From Camelus ferus (taxonomy: Eukaryota), in the NCBI RefSeq assembly GCF_009834535.1, contig NC_045696.1, forward strand, positions 61,072,001 through 61,136,000: a stretch of DNA of 64,000 nucleotides, given 5' to 3'. The translations under genes were made by a program, and so were the position numbers. The notes beneath the pieces are model-generated. The model saw only the letters and a program-made list of their open reading frames with translations. It was not told the DNA's origin and searched no databases. This document shows, piece after piece, positions 1-12,776 of the stretch. Position 1 is the stretch's first letter. Each line of letters opens with the position of its first letter.

Positions 1-109
1 GACGGGGTGCCCCTCCACCCCCAGGCCTGGGCATGGAGGTGCACCCCATGTCATGTATCTATGATTATTTTCAAGCAAATCTTAGACATCATATTCATCC
101 GTATATATT

Positions 110-2130
110 TCAGTATATGTAGAAAATCCCAAGGAATCTCTTTTTTAAAACCCTCCTAGTATTCATGTGCTTAGCAGTGTTGCAGACTACAAGATAAACA
201 TACAAAAATCAATTGCATTTCTATATAGTAGCAATGAACACGTGGACACCAAAATTTAAAATACCATACCACTTTCAATCAGTATATATAAAAAAAGAAG
301 CACTTAGATGTAAATTAAATAAAATATGTACAGGATTTGTATGCAGCAAGTATAAATTCTTGATCAAAGAAATCAAAGAAGATCTAAGTGAATGAAGAGA
401 TATATTATGTTTATGGATTAGAAGACTCAGTATAGATGGCCATTATCTCCAAATTTATATACAAACTTAATGCAAGTCCTATCAAAATCCCAGCAAGATT
501 TTTTGGACAAAATTATTCTAAAATTTATATGAAAAGACAAAGGAGGAAGAATGACTAAAACTTTTGAAAAAGAAGAAGGAAGTAGGAGAAATCAGTCTAC
601 CCAATTTTAAGACATTATATAGCTACAATAATCAAGAACTATGTCGTATTGTTGGAGGTATAGACACAGATCAATGGAACAGAATAGAGAACCCAGAAAT
701 AGACCCAAACAAATATGCCCACCTGATTTTTGACAAAGATGCAAAAGCAATTTGATGAATGAAAGAGAGCCTTTTCAACAGATGGAGCTGGAACAACTGG
801 AAATCCACAGGCAAAAAAAAAAAAAAAAAAAAAAAGAACCTTGACTTATTATCACAATTATACAAAAATTAAAATAGATTGCAACAAATGTAAAATTATA
901 AAAATTTTAGGGGAAAAAAAAGCAGGAAAAAAATCTCAGGATATACAGCTAGGCAAGTAATTCTTAGACTTGACACCAAAAATGATTTATGTAAGGACAC
1001 ATAAAAATAAAACGTTTGCTCTACAAAATACCCCTTTAAAGGGACAAAAACACGAGCTACAAACTGGGAAAAGATATTTGAAAACCACCCATCTAGCAAA
1101 GAGCTAGTATCCAGAGGACATAAGGAACTCTTGAAACTCAACGGTAAATGTTCTATGTCAATTATACCTCTATTTAAAAAATTAAGTTAAAAACTCAACA
1201 GTAATAAAAAATCCAATTAGAATATGAGCAAAAGATATTAAGAAACATTTCACTGAAACAGGTATACTAGTCACAAATAAACACATGAAAAGAAGTTCAA
1301 TAACATTAGCCATAAGGGAAATGCAAATTTACACCACAAGATATAACAACATATCTATCAGAACCACTAAAATAGAAAATAGTAACAATACTAAATGTCA
1401 GCAAGGATGCAAAGAGACTATCACTCATTCATTGCTGGTGGGAATGTAAAATGGTTCAGCCACCCTGGAAAACAGTTTGTCAGTTTTTTATGAGACTAAA
1501 TAAACATGCAACTATCCTACAACCCATCAATTTCACTGTTGCACATTTATCCCCAAGTGGTAAAAATATATATGCACACAAAAACCTGTATATGAATGCT
1601 AATAGCAGCTTTATTAGTCAAAAATTGGAAACAACCCAGATATAATTCTACAGCTGAATACCAGAATGAACAATAGGACATACATACCTTAGAATACTAC
1701 TCAGAATTAAAAGGAATAAACTATTAATATATGCGACAACCTGGATGAATCTCCAGAGAATTCTGCTGAATGAAAAAAAAGCCAATCCCCAAATATTCTG
1801 CATGATTCCATTTATATAACATCATTGAAATGACAAAATTATAGAAATGAAGAACAGAGTAGTGGTTGCCAGAAGTTAAGGAGAAGATGCGGGCAGGAGG
1901 GAAGTGAATATGGCTATTAAAGGGCAACACGAGGGATCCTTGCCATGGCAACATTCTGTCTTTCCTCTTTCAATATTAGTACCCTGTTTGTGATGTTGTA
2001 TTATAGTCTTGTAAGATGTTACTTTTGGAGGAAGCTGGATAAAAGGTATGTGGACTGTCTCTGCATTATTTCTTATAATTGCATGTGTAACTGTAATTAT
2101 TTTAAAATAAAAAGTTTAATTAAAAAATTT
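110..2130 (+). mobile_element. Degenerate LINE-1: 3' ORF2 remnant and 3' UTR
   Basis: L1 ORF2-like peptides (IKEIKEDL, DQWNRIENPEIDP..Y.HLIFDKDAKAI, VQPPWKTVCQF) with stops; A-rich end. Confidence 0.9.
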
Positions 2131-2229
2131 ATGTTATAAATTGCCATGAGAAAGAATCAGCAGATGCAATAGAAAAACTCTCCAGGAACTACAGAATTTA
2201 GAGCAATATGAAAGAGAATTTTACATATC

Positions 2230-3800
2230 TATGTTAATTTACATGGAAATGCAAAGGACTAAAAATAGCCAAGGAAATTCTAAGAAGAATAATCTTGCTC
2301 TAACAGATACCGAAATATATCCTAAAGCTAGCATAATTAAGATAATGCAGCACTTGTGTAGGAAAGGACAAATTAGAACAATGAAACAAAATGGAAAGTC
2401 CGTAAATAGATCTATACATATAAGGAAATTTGATATGCCACAGAGGTGGTTTCACAAACCAGCGGGGAAGTGACAAATTATTTGGTACATGATTATTTAA
2501 CACTGGCTATCCCTATGAAAAAAATTACTTTAGATCCACACCTCAAATGAACACAAAAATTAATTCCAGGTAGATAAAAGACTTAAATGTGAAAATAAAA
2601 TTGTATTACTATTATGGCTTAAATTGTGTCCTCCCAAAAGATCAGTTCAAGTCCTAAGCCTTGATGTCTGTGAATGTGGCCTTTATGAAAATAGAGTCTG
2701 CAGATGAAATCAAGCTAAGATGAGGTTGTACTAGAGTAGGCTGGACCCTAAATCCAGTATGACTGGTGAACTTACAAAAAGAGAAGAGGCACACAAGGAA
2801 AACCCCTTGTGATGACAGAGGCAAAGATTGGAGTGATGCTCTAATAAACCAAGGAACGCCAAGGATTGCCACCAACCACTAGAAGCTAGGAAGAGGCAAG
2901 GAAGGATCCTCCCCTAGAAACTTCAAAGAGGGCATGACACTTCCAGCCCCTGATTTCAGACCTCTATCTTCCAGGACTATAAAAGAATAAATTTTTCTTG
3001 TTTTAAGTCATCCAAATTTGTGGTAATTTGTACAGCAGCCCTAGGAAATAAATACAAATACTTATAGAAGAAAATAAACTTAAAAAAGTTAAAAGTAGAG
3101 AAAGAGTTCAAAAAACAATTCACCAAAAACACAAAACACAAAAGACAGATAAATTTGCCTTAAATTAAAATATAAAGCTGCTGCACATCAAAAGAAACAA
3201 AATAAAAAGTCAAGCCATACACAGGGTGAAAGATATTCACACATATAACCTGCAAAGGAATGAAATGGTAAGTGGAATTTATAAAGGAAGTCTACTCTCA
3301 GTAACAAAAACAACCTCATAAATTCATAAAAACCAAGCAAAAAAATGAGCAAAGTCTACAAATGGGCAATTTGTAGAAAAGAAGCCTAAATAATCAGTAA
3401 TCTCAAACTCAGCAGTACTCATGGAAACACAAATTAAAACTGGAATTCGTTATGATGCCACACTGATCAAATTGGAGGAGGGGAAAAGTGAAAATATCAA
3501 GTGTTGGTGAGAATGTGGAACAAGAAATCCTGCTGCACTGCTGGTGGGCAGATAAATCGTCACAAGGACCACTTGATCACATTTTGGACTTGAAGACGTG
3601 TACAACCTATGACTGAATAATCCCATTCCTAGATGGTGCGGAGGGGTATGATGATGATATGTATAAAAATATATAAGATGAATATACGAATATAAGAGGT
3701 GTACAAGAATGTTTATAGCAACATTTTATAATTATGGAAAACTGCAACCAGTCCAAATATCAATCAACAAGAGAATGGCTGAATAAATGTTGAATAGTCA
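2230..3800 (+). mobile_element. Older, more degenerate LINE-1 fragment interrupted by an MLT1 LTR
   Basis: L1 ORF2 3'-like motifs such as aatagccaagg, aagacttaaatgtgaaa, caagtgttggtgagaatgtgga. Confidence 0.7.
2610..3056 (+). mobile_element. MaLR (MLT1-type) solo LTR
   Basis: Typical ends tattatggcttaaattgtgtcc ... cagcagccctaggaaataaataca; near 5-bp TSD attac/aatac. Confidence 0.85.
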
Positions 3801-3811
3801 TAATGCAATAT

Positions 3812-4445
3812 TTTTATAATGATAAATTATAAGTAACATAAAATTTACTCTTTTAACTATTTTAAGTATACATTTCAGTGCTATGAGGTACATTCACATT
3901 GTTGTGCAACCATCACCACTAACCATCTCCAGAACACATTTCCCTCTTTCCATACTGAAACCCTATACCTATGAAATAACAACTCCCTATTATCCGCCGA
4001 CTCCCAGCCCCTGGTGACTACTGCTCTGCTTTCTTTCTGTATGAACTTGACTACTCTCAGTACCTCATGTAAGTATAATCATACAATATTTGTCTTTTTA
4101 TGAGTGGTTATTTCACTTAGTATAATGTTTTCAAGGTTCATTCATGTTGAAGCATGTATCAGAATTTATATCCTTTTTAAGACTGAATAATATTCCAGTG
4201 TATGCATGTATCACATTTTGTTTATCCCTTAACTCTTGACGGACATTTATTATTTCTGTCTTTTGGCTATTGTGAATAATGCTGCTATGAGTGTTGGTGT
4301 ACAAATATCTGTTCGAGGCCCTGCTTTCAATTCTTTTGGTATATACCTAAAAAGTGGAATTGCTGGATCTTATGGTAATTTCATTTTTATTTTTTAAGAA
4401 CCACTATACTGTTTTCCACAGTGGCTGTACTAGTTTACATTCCTA
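3812..4445 (-). mobile_element. LINE-1 3' end, antisense (L1M-type)
   Basis: cattcacattgttgtgcaaccatcacc ... gtggaattgctggatc ... ttttccacagtggctgtac. Confidence 0.85.
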
Positions 4446-6275
4446 TCATAATGAAATATTTTACAGTAGTTGAAATGAATGATGAAAATTAAGTATATGG
4501 CATGGGAACTTCTAAACGTGTCATTTCCTGTTCTTGGACCATTCTCCCATCCCACTCAGTGCTCCACCTGGATAAATCCCACTCATCTTCTAAATTTTGG
4601 CATAAACAATATAATTCTAGAGAATCTTTCCAGCTCACCTGCTTCCACCTCTATCTCCCAGACCCCTGGTAGGTCTTCTTCCTCTGTCTCTCCCTTTCAT
4701 AGTCATCATCATGTATTGTATTTGTGAATTTGTCTGTCTTTTTTACTACTAGACTGAAGCTCCTTGAAAGCAGAACTGTTTCTGTCTTCTTTATTGTGGA
4801 ATCCTTAAGAATTGTATTAGACTAGGTGTTTAAACAGTACTGTTGAATCAGTTAATGAGTTTTAGGCATATGACAAAGTGACAGAAAGCATTTATAGTCC
4901 TGAGGTTCTCTGAGTCTCTCTGTGTCCTCTGTAGCAACTATTTAGAGGCTGTTAGAAAAGGAAAGTTCCCCCATCTCATAGTGCCCCAGAGTGTCTAAGC
5001 CAGAAGGGACTTCTGTGGGTCATTTTTTCCAACCTCCAACTCAATGCAGTCTCCACCACTGCCTCCCTAAGAGCATTTCCAGCCTAGCCTGAGCACTTCC
5101 AAAGATTATCGCTACATAGTTATGCTTTCAGTTGCATGTTACAGAAACCTCAAGTAAGAATAACAAACAAATAGAGTTTATTTCCCTCACATACCAAGAA
5201 GTCTCAAGGTAGGCAGTTGCTGACTCTGGTTCAGTTGTTCAACTACGTCATTGAGGCTCAGGCTTTTTCTATTGTGTAATTGTTGCCTCATGATTGTAAA
5301 GTAGCTGCCACAGCTCCAGGCATCACATCCCATTAACAACAGGAAGAAGGAAAAAGGGAAGTGCCAGCAAGCTCTCCTCTTCTGCCTGTCCATTTTATAA
5401 GAAAGCAAAACTCCAGATGTTCTCCAGGATATTTCCATCTATGTTTTACTGGCCAGAACTATATCACTGACCACCAAGTGAAGGAAGGTTGGGAAAGATT
5501 TAATTTTTCTGGCCTCTGTAGTGGAAGGTGATAGGATGTGAGTAGGAATGGCTGTTGAGTCTATCTTAAGTACTCACTGTCTCTTTTAAATGAGAACTTC
5601 TGCCACATGCAGAGATTGAATGGAAACCTGGTTGGGTCAAGTGTATAACCAACACCAGACTATAGTTAGGCATTTCCCCAGCGGCCAGTCGAGCCACCTT
5701 ACTTTTCACATTTTCCTATTGGAGATTCCCCTCAAATCTCTATCCCTCAACCTTCTCTTGTTCTGTCAGCATTCGAATAGCCCTGTGGTGTAGACAAGTA
5801 ATAACAACTCTGGGGGGATCAGAGCTGCCAGCTGATTTTCCTGGCAGATAGGACCTCCCAGGGGCATCTCTGAATAATGCCGCTGTATTTTGGTTGAAAG
5901 AACCCTGCAGTGAGCCAGGAGATTGAGGTTCTCACCTCAGCTCTACAATAACTGAGCTGTGTGAACTCCGGTTGCTCTTGTCTTCTCAGGGCCTCAGTAT
6001 CCTCATCTATAAAATGGGAAGGTGAGACTAGAAGGTGTCCAAAATCCCTGACAGTAATCATACTGGTTTCTCTGATCCTGCTCTTGGAAACCCCAGGCGA
6101 CTGGAAAATTGTTTTTTGCTGCATTACTTCTGCTTGGGCAAGGTATTCCAAGCAGCTGGGACACCTGTGCCACTGTTCTGGTGCCACACCCTGTCCTCTG
6201 CCAGTGGCTGCCCCAGTGCCAGCTGGCTCCTCCCTGGGGGTGCAGAGACCAAATGAGCTTACTGGGATGAGTAGG

Positions 6276-6283
6276 TATTAAAA
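6276..6283 (+). promoter_or_regulatory. TATA-like box of the SMBD1-like gene
   Basis: TATTAAAA about 50 nt upstream of gccATG at 6333; an in-frame upstream ATG is at 6321. Confidence 0.45.
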
Positions 6284-6332
6284 GCCCTGGCCTTGGTCCC
6301 TGAAACACTGTCTCTGCTCGATGCCTACGGCC

Positions 6333-6393
6333 ATGAGGCTGGTTCTCCTCCTCCTGCTGTGGCTGAGCCCTGAGGCCCCAAACCAGGAGACAG
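6333..6393 (+). CDS. SMBD1: SMBD1-like exon 1, signal peptide
   Basis: gccATG context, MRLVLLLLLWLS hydrophobic core, phase-1 donor G|gtgagg. Confidence 0.75.
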
Positions 6394-9300
6394 GTGAGGA
6401 GCCAGGCTAGCAGGTCAAAGGGACCAGGCCTCTAGTCTCTTTCATTTATTCATTCATTTGTTCAATCAACCATTTTGATTGATTAGGAAGTATCAATCAA
6501 AGTATATAATTTGATATACTTCGATATACTTCCTTATGTTCACTAATTCATTAATTAAATAATTCATTTGTTCAGACATTTACTAAGCATCTACCAATGC
6601 TTAGGGTGGTTTCTCTGTGCACCCACCTTCATATGGATAAGGTGTCCTTGGATGATTCACTTGGGAAGGTCAGCTTCGGATGGGGAGTCCAGAGGAATGT
6701 CCAGAAGAAGTTCCTGTGAGTAGAGGCAGCATGAGGCTCTAGAACATGCACAGTCGCGGGGACAGAGAGAAGATGGTGTGCCAAGCCCAGATCCAGATTA
6801 ATAGGCAGACTCACTGGGCAACTGCCAAGCACCAACCCACATGGTTGGCTGAAGTATTCCTGGAAATGCAGTGGGGTGGAGAGAGCTGTATCTACCAGAA
6901 CCTCTTTGGGGAGAAAACTAGATGTCACTGGTTGGAATACATTTTGTGGGGGAGAGCCTCAAGGGGCATGCTCAAGTAACAACAAATGTGTGGATAAACT
7001 GCTTTGTAAAAAGGACTCCTGGGGAAGAGCAGGGCTGCAGATTGGCTGAGTGGGGTTTGCAAGTTTGGGGCTGGCGCAGCATTGCTGAGAACCGCAGAGG
7101 GAGGAGGAGGCTGCCCAGGGCCCCCTTTCCACACCCTTCCCCAGCAGAGCTCAGCCTCTTCTCTGTAAACCTGTGAAACATGTTTAAAGTGTATTGCTCC
7201 CTAGGGGTGCAAACTGTTAGCATTGGGTTCTTCGCCCAGCCCTGTTTGGGGCTGTTTCTGGCCCAGAGCTTACCACTTCTACTAGCTTCTTAGTCTTAAG
7301 CCAATGGGATGGTCACAGAGGAGTCCCTGAACTACCACCACCTCCTTACTGGGAAGCGGATTCCGGGTGGGCTCACTGCCCCTCCACCAACCCGGCGGCT
7401 CTCTCCTCTCACTGCGACGCAGCACTTACTGTACAGTACGATGTGATGTTCGCTAGAGCTTCTGGAAGGTGTTTTTTTGGAGGGTCGGGAGGGGCAGGGC
7501 AGTGGAATGTATGTTTATGATCTACCATGGTACTCCGCTCAGAGGGTCGCTCGATAGAATAAAATGAATCCATGAGTGAATGGGTGCTTTGTCACCATGG
7601 GTGGCCTTTCCTTCCCGTATTGTGCTGTCATTTTACTGATAGGACCAGTCAGCTCTGTTAGGAACTGTAAATCTGTCCTGGCCTATGGATACCCTGGGAG
7701 ATCAAGGGTGAGCCCAAGGTCAATTAGGATCTTTTTAGTTAAATTAAATATAAATTATTTCATACCAGAACTACAGGGATGCCGTTCCTGCTTTCAAGAA
7801 GCTGGTGGTAAGACGAATACCTCCAGAAAGAAGACTGTAACAATAACGGAGATGGGGATTCATGCTATGTTAGACATCGAAATCAATAGGTTTTAAGAGT
7901 AAGAAGAAAAAGTTAATCCCAGTAAATGTAGTCAATCCCTACATCCCAGCCGGGGGTGAGGGGTTGTGGGGGAGTAATGTAGGAAGGCCTCTCTGGATAG
8001 ATCAAATTTATTCCAAAAAATTCTGTTTTGGAAAATTTGAAACACACAAAAATAGAGGGAATAGTATAATGAACCCAATGGGCCTATTGGCTAGCTTGAA
8101 GATTATCAACATTTTGCTCACTCTTATCCACTAGACTAAAAAAAATATATATATATAACCACAATACCTGATCAGAGCTGAAATAATTAAAATAATTACT
8201 ATTACTTAATACCTATCAGTGTGCATGTTTCTCTAATTGTCAAAAAGGCTTTTTTGCAATTGGCATATTCGAATCAGGATCCAAACAAGGTCCACACATT
8301 ACATTTAACTGGTACATTCTTAAGTCTCTTTAAATCTATAACAGCCTTCTTCCTTTTTTTCGTGCTGTTTATTTGTTGAAGAAACCAAGTCATTTGTCCT
8401 ATAAACCATCCTGCATTCTGGATTTGTCTGATCAGATCCTTACAGGTGTTTCTCTGTCCCCTGCATTTCCTGAAATCTGATAGTTAAAGTTCATTTCTTT
8501 GGGTAAGAATATACTGTAGGTGAGGCTGTGGAATTCCCCATGTCCTATTTCCTTGTGAAGGAGACATGCAACGTCTAGTCGTCTCACTTCTAATGGTGTT
8601 AAACTTGATCAGCCAAATGCCTCCATTGGTAGGTCCATTATAAAAGTTCCACTTTCTCTAATAGTTTTGGCTTCCACTGATGATTATTGCCCAGCTCCAT
8701 TTTTTCATTAGGGGTTGCCCAGTGATGGTTTTCTAATTCTGTTATTCCTTCTGCATTTGTTGGCTGGAGTTCTTCTATAAAGACCTTTTCCTTGTCAACT
8801 CTTTGGTTTGTGTGGAAAGTCTGGATAAATAAGTCTTCATTTATCAGTCTCAGAATAATGAGCTAGTTCCTGAGCAACCCTAGGAAGGTTGAGTTTAATC
8901 AAGGCCTTAAAGGATAAGAATGTTTTCTTCTAGTGGCTGTGGGAGGGAAGGGCTTTCTAAGCAGAGGATATAGCTTGAACAAACAGCTCAAAAGCAGGAG
9001 TATGAAGGGTATTTAGAGAATAGCAGAGATAGGTGGCAAGTGCAACCAGAGGCTGTTTGAAGGCGAACCCTGAGCGTGGATGTGGTGGGAAAAGCAGGGA
9101 AGCAGTCAGGATTGCTGGTTCTGCTCCCAGCTCTGTCACCCGCTCAAGCATGACCTAATCAACATGGCTTTTCCATTTTTTGATCAGTGTCTTTCAAACT
9201 TTTCTGGCCACAATCCACATAAATATGTTTTATACTGTGACCCATTACTAACACACATGGATATAAAAACAAATAAAAATTAAAAAAAAAAAAACCTTAA

Positions 9301-12300
9301 GCAACTTACACTTACATGTACAATGTATGTGGATGTGAATGAAAACCATATCAGTAAACAAAGAATGAAGCCATCAAGTCATCAGCCGCTGCTGCCACCC
9401 CCCATTGAAGACAAGCCTGCAGCCCAACCTTGGCAGCCACTCACAATGGTGTTCTCTGAGAGGACTCAGAATAAGAAAGGACAGGATACTGGCCCTAGAC
9501 AGCTAGGTGCTTGTCAAAGGAATGAATTCAATGAGCCCAAATGTTTGCTTCCTCCCATACATAGAAAATCAATAAATTCTTTTAACTTGAGATGCCTGGT
9601 TTTCTTTAGAAAACAAGTAATCTTTTATTGTTCCAACTACCTAGTCTTTGTTGTAAAGCTCCTGTATATCCTAGCTCCTCTCCTGCCTCTTTGGAGCAGT
9701 CCCTCAGAGCCATCTGAGAGGCTGTCATCCCGCTCGAATCCTCCCTCCAAATGAAACATAACTCTCAACTTTTAGGCTGCGCATTTATTTCAGTTGACAT
9801 GGATATTTTCTATTCTATTCCATTCCACTCCATCCCAGACTGTTAAAATAAATGCTGATCATGACCACTGAATTGATCTCTGACTTGCAAATGGGCCATA
9901 ACCCTCATTTGGATAGTCCCTGGGGCTCTTCTCCAGCTCTAGTCCTTTGTAATTCCTGGTCTTGGTGACAGCCTTACACCGGACCAGGCGCTCAGGAAGG
10001 GGGATGATGTGAGAAGGGAAATCGATCATTTGCAGGAGGCTCCCAAGCAGAATGTGAGGCAGAAGCCAGACCAAACTCAGAAGCCTCCACCCAGCCCAGC
10101 CCACTGTCACCTTGAGAGGTCTGCCCTCCCTGGGCTGCTGCTCCCCTTTCACCAGACACCTATCTGCTGGTCCCCGTCTCCACAACAGGCTGGGTTAGCC
10201 ACTTAGCCCCACATCCTCTCACTGGCCTAAGCCCTGTTGATCTTGTCAACTTTGGAAGGTCCTCAAGTTTATCCCTAAACAAAGCCCCAGGCAGGAGCTA
10301 ACCAAACAGGAGACAATTGGGAAGGTCAAGGTAAAATAAAGAGCAGCTTTGAGATTCCCAGGCTTGAACTGCACCTAGACCCCAATCCACCCAAGCCACA
10401 GACTCACCAGGTAAATGGGGCCATGGTCCCTACCTGCTAATGCCTTGCTCTCCTCATGTCTTAAAGAAGATAAACCCCCTCATCTTGTAGTGGGTAGATA
10501 TTGATAAGATAATAATTGAATTGAGCACCTTGGGAAAATGATAGGAGCTGGGGTTGGTGAAACTGTTTTGTAAATCAGGACTGTCTTGATAGCATCCTTA
10601 CAGGTACAAAACTTCCAAATTTTGATCAAGTTTACTTTGTTCTTTCTTTTGTCACTTGTGCTTTTAGTATCATATCTGAGAAACCACTGCTTAATCCAAG
10701 TTCTTGACAATTTTCATCTATCTTATTGTGAAGGAAAAGCCCAGATGGGCTAACAAGCTAAGTCACAAATCTAAGTGTGATAAGTGTTGGGTTACTGATA
10801 TAAGTTCTGCTGGGCTAACTCGTAAATCTGAAGTTTAGTGTCAGTTTACTGGGCTAACAAGCTAACTCGTAAATCCAAGCTCAACAAGTGTCAGTAACGT
10901 GATCTGTTCCAAATTGATAAGCTCCAGTGTACTGATTCCTTGCTTTTTGTTGTTTGAACCTTATTGGCTAATAGCCCCATACTTGTAATTAACCCTATAA
11001 AACCTCATGCGCATGTCTTGGAGGTGCTCAGAGCTTTGGAGCAGAAGCCCCTCTGAGCCCGCCGGCGTAATAAATCTGAGTACTCCAACCCTCCGAGTGG
11101 TGCTTGTTTCTTGGCTGGCCTGTCGTTTCTGTAACATTTCTGCCTAAGCATTTCATAATTATATAGTTTTAATATTTAGATCTATGATCTGTTTTGAGTT
11201 AATTTTTGTATATGGTGTGAGGTAGAGAATTCATTCTTTTGCATATGACTATCCAGTTGTCCCAACACCATTTTAAATCTGTCTCTTTTTAATATTCCTT
11301 TTTCTCCAGACAGCTGCTCCCAACCTCAACCCCTCTGCTGCCTTGGAATGGATTACCACTGCAAGAGAGGAAGCTGCTTCTGTGATGAATTCTACCATGT
11401 GGTACCAGACTGCTGCCCAGACCACCATGCTCTCTGCAACTCTGATAACTCACATGCAGGCTCCTTTCCACCCCCAGCAGAACTGGACACTATGATGGAC
11501 AGAGGCAAGCACCTTACATGTCCTTCAGGCCAAGGCGAAAATGTGAACTGAATGGCTCCTAAGGTCCCTGACAATCCCAGGACCCTGGCATTTTGTCCAT
11601 TTCATGTCAAAAGTGCCTACACATTCCTCCCAGCTTTCTTTCCCCACTGCTCCTTGCCACCTGCTGTTCCCCTCTGTTGGTGGTTGGGGAATGGCGTGGG
11701 GAATGGGGTGGCTGAACTCCATCTAACTGCCTCCACTTCTCTTGCAGTATAGATGCCTTTTGACCTGTTCCATGTAGACTCCTGAGGGTGGACAGGAGTC
11801 TGCAGAGAGGTGCTGCGGATGTTGGGCAGCAGCAAGGCATGGGAGACAGGGATGAGGACAGGAGATTTCACCCTGTTTCTCAGCTCCTAGGACTACCAGC
11901 CTGGTGCCGCAAATGGTGCTGAGGATGGAGAACCCACCAAGCCCTGCCAGAAACAATCCAGACTGGATGCAGAGTGTGGTGAGTGCCCTGGAGATGCTCC
12001 TAGAAGGGGTGGCTGGCAACCTGCTCCTTCCTCCTGGACCTTGAGGCCCCAAAGTCAAGAAGTAGTTACCAAAGGGGGAAAAGAGCCTGAGCTGGGCAGA
12101 GGGCCACTGCAGCCATGGTTTTAGGGTAGAAGCCAGGATTCCTGCCCATGAACACTGACACTGAATTTCATCTACTTCTCGTGTGTCATGAAATATTATT
12201 CTTCTTTTGTCTTTTTTCAACCATTTAAAAATGTAAAAATATTCTTAACTTGTGATTTGTATGAAAAACAGACAGCAAGACAGATTTGGTCCACAGGCTA

Positions 12301-12776
12301 TGGTTTGGGGCTCTCTGCCATAAATCATCCTGTGTTCTTTACTTTCCTTCTGTGTCTTGGCTTCAGCCCTGACCTGTCCAGCTCGCTGCCCAGTACTGGA
12401 AGAGAGGCCTTGGCCCTCAGCCTAGTGGCATTGGGCAGAAAGAAAGGCAACATAGTGAAAAGGAAAGAATTTGGACTTGAGAGCCAGATAGACCTGTGTT
12501 CAAATCCTGACTGATCTCAAGCCTTCAGCCTTCTGAGACTTTCTGAGCCTCCGTTTTCTCATCTGTGTCCTAGAGCTGGCCTTGTAGGACAGTTGCAGAA
12601 GGGCCTGGTCCTTGGTGGATGTACAATGAGAGAGCTGTTATTTGGGGACACGTAAATAAGCTGGAGAGGGAACAGGCCTCTGCTAACTGCTCACTTAGGT
12701 CCAGCAGCTTCTCCAAACCAGCCTCCCGGGGATGCCCCTCTCCGTCTCCGTGAAGGGACTCAAGAAAAGAGCCTGA
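6333..12776 (+). CDS. SMBD1: Somatomedin-B domain-containing secreted protein, 4-exon model join(6333..6393,11310..11504,11884..11978,12699..12776), about 142 aa
   Basis: Hand-spliced ORF: MRLVLLLLLWLSPEAPNQET/DSCSQPQPLCCLGMDYHCKRGSCFCDEFYHVVPDCCPDHHALCNS...MMDR/APRTTSLVPQMVLRMENPPSPARNNPDWMQSV/VQQLLQTSLPGMPLSVSVKGLKKRA*. Exon phases are compatible (1,1,0). Position next to MUC20 matches my recollection of mouse Smbd1 / human SMBD1P. Confidence 0.75.
9334..9799 (+). mobile_element. ERV1-type solo LTR
   Basis: TG...CA ends with imperfect inverted repeat (TGTGAATGAAA / TTTCAGTTGACA) and a perfect 4-bp TSD TGGA. Confidence 0.85.
10727..11136 (+). mobile_element. ERV solo LTR inserted in an antisense L1 fragment (about 10605-11275)
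   Basis: TG...CA ends, internal repeats of gggctaac, TATAAAA at 10996, AATAAA at 11069; TSD not clean. Confidence 0.75.
11310..11504 (+). CDS. SMBD1: SMBD1-like exon 2, somatomedin-B domain
   Basis: Acceptor tttttctccag; Cys pattern C..CC.G.D..C...C.CD......DCC.D...C; 195 nt, phase 1-1, if the GC donor AG|gcaagc is used. Confidence 0.75.
11884..11978 (+). CDS. SMBD1: SMBD1-like exon 3
   Basis: Acceptor ccctgtttctcag, open frame, donor GTG|gtgagt; 95 nt, phase 1-0. Confidence 0.65.
12180..12325. mobile_element. MER58-like hAT DNA transposon fragment
   Basis: ttttttcaaccatttaaaaatgtaaaaa...gatttggtccacaggctatggtttg. Confidence 0.55.
12699..12776 (+). CDS. SMBD1: SMBD1-like exon 4 (terminal)
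   Basis: ctaac branch-like motif and cacttag acceptor; VQQLLQTSLPGMPLSVSVKGLKKRA*. Confidence 0.65.
   Translation, partial: VQQLLQTSLPGMPLSVSVKGLKKRA

Noticed and set aside
213..2473. Short ORFs with L1 ORF2-like peptides as an active element or gene
   Set aside because: Fragmented by stops and frameshifts; decayed LINE-1.
11444..11480. Mutated donor (G|ataact) plus internal acceptor (cccccagcag) splitting SMBD1 exon 2
   Set aside because: The implied intron would be only about 35 nt, too short for a mammalian intron; a read-through exon to 11504 is simpler.
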